A DNA stretch of 64,000 nt from Octopus sinensis (taxonomy: Eukaryota), in NCBI RefSeq assembly GCF_006345805.1, contig NC_042999.1, forward strand, positions 134,044,001 to 134,108,000, in the 5' to 3' direction. Every line of letters begins with the position of its first letter. Position 1 is the first letter of the stretch. Both the position numbers and the translations under genes were made by a program. Of the stretch, positions 53,646-64,000 are shown one piece after another. The notes under the pieces are model-generated. The model ran no database searches, was not told the DNA's origin, and worked only from the letters and a program-made list of their open reading frames with translations.

Positions 53646-54709
53646 AAAAAAAAAATCGATAATCGCTTTCTGATAAGAACCACTGCGCTCCGAAATTTTA
53701 TTCGTTGATGTAAACTATGCTTCCTTTAAATCAAATAACGCGTGATTTTTAGTTTAGTAGTGTAATAGTTTTGTACGTTTTAGTACAGCTACTTTTATGA
53801 CTATTTAGTTACTTGCGAATTCATAATGCGTTACAGGGATTACTTGTGAAAGTATGAGCAATCCTGTCGCTATAATCAAAATAGTTGTTGCATCAAACAC
53901 TTAGCTACAAGACCATTAACAGTTCGACGTTAACAACTTTAACAAGAGCAACGGTACATATTACAGGCGCCCTTACAAACGTACTCGTTAAACTTATAAA
54001 TATACACTCACACACATATGACGGATTCTTCATTAAACGAATTAACAAGCAACTCCTTGAATACGTGAATATTTCACAGAGCCCTGCTCCATTTATGCAA
54101 CGCTTGGTCCGAAACAGCATGGTGCACTATATGACAAGGGATGGTCTTTAAATTAGAGGTATAATCCATTCGACAGGCCTCTATATAGTTTCTATTTTGT
54201 TTTGCCTGGGGTCCACAGTGTTTTGATGGAGTCGGAGAGGTGCTGTCGTTCATTCCTCTCCTGACTTGACGACAATCGATTTCTTCGAGAAAGAAAGATA
54301 GGTAGAGAGAAAGAAAGGGTAAGAGAAAATTGAATCAATCCAACACCGGTACTTCATTACCGATGAGAAGGACATAAAAGAACGCTGACTTTAGTGGGAA
54401 TTGAAATCAGAGTACATTGAGCCGAAACGACGCTCAAACGTCTTTACCAACTGGCCACTGCCTATTATTGCCGTCTACTCTAATCTCTTATCACAACGTT
54501 TGGATTAAACCGAAGCTATAATAAAATACAGTTGACTAAGACAATATGATGCATGACCGAACTCGAGACAGCCTCAATACGTAGAGTCCACATATATACA
54601 CAGGCACACAAACAAACACATATATATACACAGACAAGCTCATATATTCACAAACATACAAATACACAGAATCAGTCCTCAAGAAATAACGCCAATTCAA
54701 TATTGTGCC

Positions 54710-54919
54710 AAATTTTGGTATAAGGCCAGCGATTTTAGAGGGTAGGCGTTAGACAATTCATCCACCCCCGTGCTCGATTGATATATATTAAAACGACCTA
54801 AAAGGATGAAATAATAGAAATGGCCTCGGGGGAAACTTGAGCCCAGGATGTAACGAGTCGGAAGAAATGCTGGTAAGCCTTTTGTCTGACGTCTTCACGG
54901 CTCTGTCGGATCGCCGCCC
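54710..54919 (-). mobile_element. SINE family 'B', diverged
   Basis: Reverse match to the B consensus (AAAGGATGAAA..CCTCGG..TCGCCGCC). Confidence 0.65.
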
Positions 54920-55454
54920 GTAGAAAAAGTATAAAATCAAGACTTATCTATGTCTCTTATTAATAGTTATCGCCAAACTAATATTACGCTGCCGTAATCT
55001 CCTTTAGAGAGACTTAGTAATTTTAATATTTCTATTATCTATGTCTCGTTTTCTAAATACCAACTAATATTTCAGTAACAATCTGTCACCTGCAGTTTTA
55101 CAATTTTCTTCCTGGACATTTATTATATACCAGCAGGTAAGGCTGGTATATAACACAAAAGTCGTTGTTACATAGAGAACATTTCATATATTAATATATG
55201 TCGTTGTTATTATGTTCAACTGTTGTATGTCCAAATTTGTCCAAATGCGTTTTATTCAATATTTATTTTTGCTAGCAATAGCCGGTTCTTTTGGTCAAAC
55301 TATCGTATCTCCAGCTGCTTCAGATGCCAAGATAACAAAACTTTTCAAAGTACAGTACTATGGTTTTGCTATGGAATAGTAAAACTACTTTTTCGTTTTC
55401 TCAAAAAGCAACGTTTTGGACTTACGACACTTTTGCATAATAGCAACGAGATGC

Positions 55455-55488
<34 letters not shown>

Positions 55489-55528
55489 ATGTGTGTGTGT
55501 GTGTGTGTGTGCGTGTGTGTGTGTGTAT

Positions 55529-55866
55529 GCTGAGACCCCCCTTCGGTCATGAATGACCATGGGATTGCACCTAGAAAGTTACCCTCCTAGGCACAAGTCC
55601 AGGCAAGGTTGTTTATGGAAGACCAGCAGTCGCCCATGCATACCGGCCTCCCTTCTCCACGTCACCAGTGTTATCCAAGGTAAAGGCAAAGGCCGATACA
55701 GCTTAGTACCAGTGACGTCGCAACTCATTTCTACAGCTGAGTGAACTGGAGCAACGTGAAATAAAGTGTCTTGTTCAAGAACACAACACGCAGCCCAGTC
55801 CGGGATTCGAACTCACAACCTCACGATCGTAAGCTCGACGCTCTAACCACTGAGTCATGCGCCTTC
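55529..55866 (-). mobile_element. tRNA-derived SINE, family 'A' (tail type 2)
   Basis: Minus strand has A-box TGACTCAGTGG and B-box GTTCGAATCC; same head and core as 1616-1770 but a different 3' tail. Confidence 0.88.
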
Positions 55867-55877
55867 ACACAGACACA

Positions 55878-56075
55878 TGCATAGTTGAAATTTAGAGAAA
55901 ATCAAAAGACAAAGACAAGTGTATAAACAACAAACAGATGTATTAGTTTAACGCTCGGGAAGGTGAGCAAGTGTTTTACGTTTCGAGCCAACGCTCTTCA
56001 ACAGAAAGGAACATGAGGAAATAAGCAGAGAGAAAATAAAAATAAACTTTTAGAATTAGCGGTCAATCATGGCGG
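55878..56075 (-). mobile_element. PLE pseudo-LTR-like fragment with minimal HHR-like motif
   Basis: Minus strand reads TTT-CTGTTGA-A-GAGC gttg GCTC-GAAAC-GTA-AAA (55974-56007). Confidence 0.5.
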
Positions 56076-56171
56076 CTGGCTGGACGCACGTGCGCATACA
56101 CATAGACATAAACACACTCAGAGACACACATACACTCACAGACATATATAGATAGGAAGAAAGAGAGTAAT

Positions 56172-56606
56172 ATTGGTTTTAAATTTTGGCTTAAGGCCAG
56201 CATATTCGGGGGTGGGGAGTAAATAAGTCGATTACTTCGCCCCCAGTGCCCAGCTGGTACTTATTTTATCGATCCCGAAAGGATCAAAGCCAAAGTCGCC
56301 CACTGCAGAATTTGAACTCAGAAAAATAATGACGAACGAAATGCCGCTAACCATTTTGCCTGGGGCGGTAAAGAGAAAGTAATATTTAACTTTTTATTTT
56401 AGCTGAAGGAAAAGACGTTAACTTACTGATGAAGAAATTATTGTTTCAATTTACGATACGCCGATTAAATGAAAAGAGAGGACAAAATTACTGGCTTCAA
56501 ATTTTGGCACAAGGACAGCAATTTCGAGTGAGGGTGTAAGTCGATTACATTGATCCCAGTGTTCAACTGGTACTTAATTTTATCGACCCCGAAAGGTCGA
56601 CAGGCA
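56172..56606 (-). mobile_element. Two SINE-B copies (56172-56369 and 56490-56606)
   Basis: AAGTCGATTAC..CTGGTACTTA..TATCGA.CCCGAAAGG in both. Confidence 0.8.
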
Positions 56607-59083
56607 AATATCTTTACCACAAGAGCAACGAATAAGGAAAGTGTGTTTACAATGAGTCGAAAACAAGACAACAAGCAAATAATACGACTGTATTAAATAA
56701 GATAAAATGAATATATCTCAATAGGGGTTCAGCTAAGGAAAGCTCGCACAAATCCAAGATTCTGCTTAGTGCCAAGATAAAGTACGCTTTCCAAGATGTG
56801 TTATCCGACCTTTAGGTTTAGAGTAGGCCAATTCACTGAGGTCAAGTTTGTCAATTTCCCCCACCTGTTAGCAATTTCACAAGCTTGCAATGCTTTCCCC
56901 GTTAATCTCACTTTCCTCTTCTAGTGGTAATCAAAAACTCTGATGAGAGTTCGGTTTGAGGTGTAAATTATTGTTCTTCTCAATCCTGTACACCAAACTA
57001 CCTTTACTGCTGTGGCCATTGTACAAACAAAACTGCCTGCGCTTTTGTTTGGCGGACGATCGTCACGATGTATTTGGCTTTCATTTACCATATCCAGATA
57101 TCTTAGGAGTGAATTTGACAGATGATCTAATTCGGTGATTTATCTATAGCAAAGCCAATTGTTGTATCACTTGTAAATCAGCTGCCATTACCTGATGTCC
57201 TCAAAACTCCATCTACCAAAGTGAGAACTATTGTAAGCCACCAAAGCAGCCGTTGAAGACCACTGCTTCTAGTCTGCCTTTTCTCACAAAGACTCAGGCA
57301 AAGTCTCATTGAAAAAAAATTTCTAAATCCCTAATCGGAAATTGAATATCATATATCCGATGTGATCGGTGAAATACAACTACCTACGTCGAGTGGGAAG
57401 CTTTCTTTTGTACTTCTCTGTAGAACTGTAGTTTGGTCATTTCCTCAAATTTAATACAGAATATTTTTTGGGACTAGTACATAAATGTCCTCCCATCTCA
57501 CTCTCTCATCCCACACGACTGCTGGTAGCGTGGTGGCCGTACAAATATGTGTCATTCCGATTTCACTCACGTTTCTGTTTTCATTTACATTTCTGTCATT
57601 GTCGCCTCCACCGCCAGCATTATTTATGGCGGCGAAGATAACAGCAGTTTTGTTATTGTTCGTAGTGTTAGTGAGGATGATGGCAATGTGTGAAAGGCAA
57701 TTTTCTGTGACTACTACAACTATCTAAGAAACTTCTGAAATTGTAATAAATGAGTTCCTACACATGTTAGCCATCTTTTCTTACTATCTCTTATATTGCC
57801 TTTACTATCGAACATGCGTATAATAGTGAAACTCGAGGGTGCAATTTAACCAAAAATCGACCGATAATAAAATTTATAATAGTTTTGTTTAAAATGGAAC
57901 TTATGTTCATCCTCGTAGTAATACTCGTTAATATATTCTGAAGTCTATAGGTGGAGAGATATGTAGATTGGGAATAATCAAGATTTAGAAACCAGTAGTA
58001 TTACGATAGACAACCTAGCAGAGAAATACATACATAGATAAATAAAGAACACCGGAGGTACAGAGAATTGAGGAAGAATGTGTATATCTGTGAGGAGTGT
58101 GCGTTTCAGTTGCATCAATTTTGTTTTGTGGGGACTGTGATGAGTCGAATGCATATGAATGTATAGATTGGAACAAGGATAGTAATTTGATACAAAACAA
58201 GCAGATAGAAAATCAAGTGGTTAATTAGATGGATACATGTAAATAGAAAGCAAGTACATTCACACAGCTATATTCTCTTCATGCACATGTAATTAATTCC
58301 CCAGGTCACTTGACAAAAAGATCAATTGGTAAAGCTATAAGAAAATCCTAGGATGAGATATTTCTTTCATTGGTATTTCCATGATGTGTGCAAATAGCTG
58401 AGACTTTAATTGAATAATCATTCCGCTTGTGTACAATGTATATTTGCACAGGGCAAAGAAGTATAATTGTCTTTCTTCTAGAAACAAATAGAAAAAGAGA
58501 TACGGCGGATAATAAATAAAGACTTGAGAGAAACTGTCTATATTAAGGTTAATCATAGAAAATGGATAACATCGACAGATATGTGCTGCAGACTTTTTCT
58601 CACATCAGACAATAAGTGTTGTTTGGGACAAAAACTGCGTTTCGTAAATTCTCAACATAGTAATGTGAAATCATTTTTCAAATACTGAGATAAATACAGA
58701 ATAAACTGACTCTCTTTTGTAAATATAACTCCCCTGATACAAAGTAAAACACAAATATAGAGAGTAATTCACAATCACATTTACATACACTCTCCCAACA
58801 GTTCTTGCATACACAGTGGTAAAAGACAAGTATGTAATATTTACATAAAACATATAGAGAGTCGACAAGATATTCAGTCACCGAAATAATGCAATTATTC
58901 GGGTTCTTACATTGGTGTTGTCCCTTTTTTCATACCCCACCCCGACGGCTAATCTTTCGACATTACAACTTGATGAGTGAATCAAAATCAAATATATGTA
59001 TTTGTAAGGAACTGGCCATACACATACAGACACAAACAAAACACATAACACGTACAAACAGACATATACAGCTAGTTAGTAAA

Positions 59084-59109
59084 ATAGACAGACAGACAGA
59101 CAGACAGAC

Positions 59110-59192
<83 letters not shown>

Positions 59193-59219
59193 CAGATAGA
59201 CAGATAGATAGATAGATAT

Positions 59220-59305
<86 letters not shown>
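59084..59305. repeat. (GACA)n-(GATA)n microsatellite
   Basis: Visible directly. Confidence 0.98.
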
Positions 59306-59421
59306 TAAACCGAGTGAAACAACTGTACCCATACGTTTCGAAATTCAATTTCGTCTCACAATACATTTATATCAACATTTCGAAGATGTATTAAATGAAA
59401 ATCCTATTATATACATACATC

Positions 59422-59475
<54 letters not shown>

Positions 59476-59485
59476 GACGCGCACG

Positions 59486-59524
<39 letters not shown>

Positions 59525-59684
59525 CATCATATACATTGGAGAAAATTCGTGAGTGTATGCTCAACTTCTATTTCTTTTAAATAAAGCTGTCGCAACAATC
59601 CGCTGCCTCCACAGTGCTGAACATCTGTCTTATACTACCATTCTCTATCTTCCTGCATCTGATCGAAAGCATTGCCACCTTGAC

Positions 59685-59716
<32 letters not shown>

Positions 59717-59949
59717 CTTCTCACTAACCCTCGTGCTCGCGCTAATTTTTTTTTTATCAGAAGACTTATTTAAAATTGAACTGCTGCTGATTGTATTCAC
59801 ACGCACATCACTTAGAAATAGACGTATCAACTGATTTTAATTCATTTATTCTTAAGTCAGTTTGTAGATACGACTTCGTATTACGATCACCACCAAAGAT
59901 AAGGCTTTATGTTACAACTTCTGAAAGATGATACTCCAATCGTTAATGA

Positions 59950-61000
59950 CACGCTCATATTTTGATCTGTTTAACAGATAAAATCCTTTCCAAGCAAATT
60001 GATTACATCATATCTCAGTGCTCAGACCCTCACAAGAAGAAAGTGCCCTTCAATATTGCTAAAGCTCAAGTCGTTCACGGTCCATGTTGTGACCACAGCC
60101 AAAGTTCACTTTATAAGAGAATTACCAAATGCACCAAATGCTTTCCATCTATCAAGTAGGCCCAAACAAGTGAAGTCGGTTATTCCTTTTACAGAAGAAC
60201 AGCACCAGAAGTTTGAAGTTTCTTAACCTTGGCTGACAGCATGAAATTTGCAAAAGTATGATAGTTCCCTGCTGTCCACTCCCGACGGCGACATTAAATG
60301 CACTCATCAATTTTGAGTTCTGCTATTCAATAAATTCATCAGATTTGTTTGCAAATACGTCGGTTATCTGATATGTTTGCAGTGTTTCTTCTGACAAAGA
60401 AAAAACAACAGTGATGAAGATATTAAACTCCAGCGGAACAACAATTTAGCTTTTTTTAGGTACTTTTCTATCTTTCTCATTGATGAAGATGCTCCAGCAT
60501 TCAACAACTTGTTCACTTGAAAAACAACAGGCAGGTTTATCTCAGTCAAGAAACAGTAGAACAATGAACACAAAAACCAGACTACACAACACTTATGGAC
60601 TTAACAAGCTGTGTCAGTGTAATCCTTTCGCAAAAACATTGCTTCACCATTAGGTTCCGTCATACCGTCGCAAGGAGAAAGAGCTGCTCAGTATTGCTAA
60701 CAGACACATTTGCAAACATATTTGACGAATTTATTGAATTGCAGAACTCAAAATTGATGTGTGCATTAAATGTCGCAGTCGGGAGAGTTCCGTCATGGAA
60801 CCACAAGCAACGGAGATAAAGACACAATGGCACTAAGGTGTTTCTGTTGAAAGCCAATTTATCACAAGTTTTGATTGAGCTATTGGAATACAGTATCCTG
60901 TTCACACCTGTCAACATAAATGCTTCTTTCTACGAGTTCATTCCGCAAAGTGTAAAGTTCAAGTTTATTTCATGATCTTCGAAATATATCATACAGTTTT
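59950..61000 (-). mobile_element. Very decayed hAT transposase remnant
   Basis: Frameshifted C-terminal dimerisation-like signature LIK..NMDRERL.ALAIL..CEGLST..NQFA at about 59990-60120. Confidence 0.4.
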
Positions 61001-64000
61001 CATCGAGCATATAAATAGACAAGAACATTAAAACACGGCCACACTCAACCTAAATACACTGAAATCAATAACTGAACAACAGAGATTTTGAAAGTGGTAT
61101 AACACACTGTTGACATATTGATAGCATGTGTCAATGACAATGAACTCAAACTCACTGCAGACAAGAAGACAGCCTATTCTGCTGTTTTTGAAAATTCGAC
61201 AAGAAGGTGGAACTTGTTTCCTTGATTGACATTCATGGTGTTACTGGAACGACATTATTGATTAGTCTATAGCTTATCGAAGTCCGCCGACGTAGAAGTA
61301 TTACTATTGCTGCTACATTCTTTGGTGGGGTTCGAAGAACGCGTACTACACATTCTGCTACTAACTCCTCTGGGACGTAATGGTATTTTGCAATAATCCC
61401 ATTTTTTTATCGGACAATAATGCCACTTCGGTTCCTGATGGTATTTATATATCTCAAAATATTTGCCACATCTTCGAATATTCTGTTTCGGAGAGTGTGG
61501 GCGGATGGGATCAGGAACAGGACCCCCACGCCAAAGAGGGGAAGGTTGAATTTTAGAAACCGATATAGCGTGTACGTGGTTAAAAAATAGAGTGTCGGCC
61601 GCTACATTTTAGCAAATGAGTAGCGATAGAGAACATTAAATTAACGGTAAAGTTAGTCAATCATTTAGCAGAGGTACATAAAAAAAAACATTACAAACTA
61701 GTAGCGAAAATGCCCATTGACCATTCCTTCAACGCAAAACATGACGGATATCTTATTTGTGTTACAGCGCATGCACTGAGACGTGATGACATAAATTTTT
61801 GTTTTCGATGGACATAGTTATCAAAGTGCAGTGTAGCATAAAAAGAAACATTTCGATCTGTGACAGACCGCAGCTCATAGTCCAATTCCAAGTTGCTGTG
61901 CGCGACTTTTCAGGGTAATTTTTTCAAACAATTCTCGAAGAACGATGGTCATCCGCAAAACGTAACCGAGGATGAAGAATGCCCCAAAAAATGTATCTCA
62001 GAAGTCGAAGTGGAGGACGTGTTAAACCGATGTATAGGGTTGGTAGAATGTTGATGATGAAAATCGCTTGGCTCGGACAATTTTATTGCTACTTGCTAGA
62101 CATGTCCACTACAGACTTTGAAGTTCTCTAATACAACAGACATTAGTCTGGATACACTCCCAGTTGTGTGAACTAAGAAGTGTTGACGCCGCTGGGAGTA
62201 GAAAATTGAGTGTGAAGAAGGAGACACTATGTTGTAGTGTTACATAAAAGGTGGATGAGATGAACAAGACAGGGTAGGTTGAAAGAACCTACTCTGATTA
62301 TGCGCTGTAAATAGTAGACAAGTAACTAGAACAGAACCCTTTTGAGGCTTTTGATGCGTCAGAGCAAATAGGGAATTTGTATGAGCTTTGCCACCCGCCA
62401 CAGAGTTATTCTTGGTGCCCCTTTCAGATGACTTTTTTTTTGTTAATATTATATTATAATCTACCGTTTTGTGTTTAGTCCTTGTACTGTCTCTAGTACC
62501 TTGGATTTTTGTAGCTAATAAAAGAATTATATTTATTAATGTCGAGTGATAGCCAATGAGGATGATCTGAGGTGTAATGCCAAACAGCAAACCGTGTAAC
62601 TTATTTTCTAAATTGATGGCTTCAAATTTTATAGAGATGCTTGGCTATATTTTTCATGTTTTAATAATCATATACATGTACACGCATACATTTGTACAGA
62701 TTCACAGGTAGAAACACATATATGCATACATACATAGATGCATACATACATGCATACATACATGCATACATGCATGCATACATACATGCATACATACATA
62801 CAGACAGACATTCGCGCATACGTGTATACATGTTTGTGCATGTATGTGCGTGTATTTGTAAGAGCAGTGCTAATGTATGTTAGTATATACATCTATCCGC
62901 CGAAATCTCTTAAACACACACGCTCACACAAACCCATGCACAAAGATACATACATAGGCATACACTTTGTGAGAGCTAGCTGCACTATTTTTGTTGCATG
63001 CATTTTACTTGACTAGTGCGTATTTGTTAGAGAGGGAGAGAGAGATTGGGAGAGAGAGAGAGAGAGATCAACTTCAAAGCTGGAACTACGTTATGTAGGA
63101 TGAAGTGTTATATTTGCTGTGTTGTGTGAAATGTTGTCTAGATGATGTCAAAGTTGACAGATATGTGACATTAAACGTTATTACTGTTCTCTTTGGAACA
63201 TTCATGTCACAAGATCTATTTTCTTGTCGTAATTGTAAGATTTACGACATTAAATCTTGCAGGTGTCATAGCTGAAGGAAATGTGACAGGAATTATATAT
63301 ATTAGAACTGACAAATATGTGTCCCTAAATACTCTGTATACTATAGTTGACAGCTAATCAATTCGATTAGTATTCAATTTCTTATAAATATAAATACATT
63401 TCATGTTCCTTTCGTGAACACAGTCTATAAAAATGGCTTCCTTTTAAAAAGCTTCACACATACTTCAATGTCTGTGTGTGTGTGTGGCAGGGTGAGTATT
63501 CAACTGCATCCTGTTAATATCACAGTCTGATATCCTTTCGTCTAGGAACTGCATATATCATTAAATTTACTTTCAGCCTGTCATCATCATCGTCGTAGTC
63601 ATCATCATCACTGCCATCATCAATATCGCCATTATCAATTTTACACAATTGCCAGCCGACAGTTTTTATTGTAGCTATTAAGCAATAAAAGTCAGACCGT
63701 TGTTGTAAAACGCTGCTTGGATCATTAAATAGATCTTCTAGAAAATTTCAACATCATATTTATAAACGTTACCTTTTTTTTTAAATTTTATTGAATTGCT
63801 TTAATTATTGGTTAATTCTTGTAAGTCAGTAATTTCAACATGTCGATAAATCGAAATAAAATAAAAATCATTACTCTCACCAATTTATTGCTTTTTACAT
63901 GTATTTTCATTGTCTTTTGTTCTTTTTCTCTTTTCAAATATACCTCAGTATTAAACGGTCGATCTTCGTGTTAACCTTCCTTTTCTGTCGATGTTACTTG

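Noticed and set aside
56700-57420. L1-type endonuclease remnant on the minus strand
   Set aside because: Only one weak motif (SGYGK.K.NTS); insufficient evidence.
61690-62230. Coding exon or LINE RT fragment
   Set aside because: Stops occur in the frames examined and only vague RT-like words appear; cannot be supported by eye.

Overview
Eukaryotic, AT-rich, microsatellite-saturated non-coding DNA (intronic or intergenic). The three recurrent SINE families look like those of octopus genomes, so a coleoid cephalopod is inferred but not proven. No intact host gene is visible, and almost all ORFs in the supplied track are microsatellite read-throughs. The window is a transposon graveyard: five decayed TIR-bounded Tc1/mariner elements (two DD41D-like, one mellifera-like mariner, one Hsmar1/cecropia-like mariner, one DD34E Tc1), Tx1/L1-like and RTE LINE fragments, several Penelope-like element (PLE) fragments, hAT and possibly Merlin remnants, a MITE-like foldback, over 20 tRNA-derived SINE copies and a ~1.6-kb tandem duplication. 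The most notable signal is a set of type I hammerhead ribozyme (HHR) motifs. One has a complete core (41306-41369) and lies inside a non-coding, direct-repeat-bounded element with a 509-bp period that resembles a retrozyme or PLE pseudo-LTR derivative. One is near-complete (10099-10147) and several are decayed. All annotation was done by eye, with no database search.
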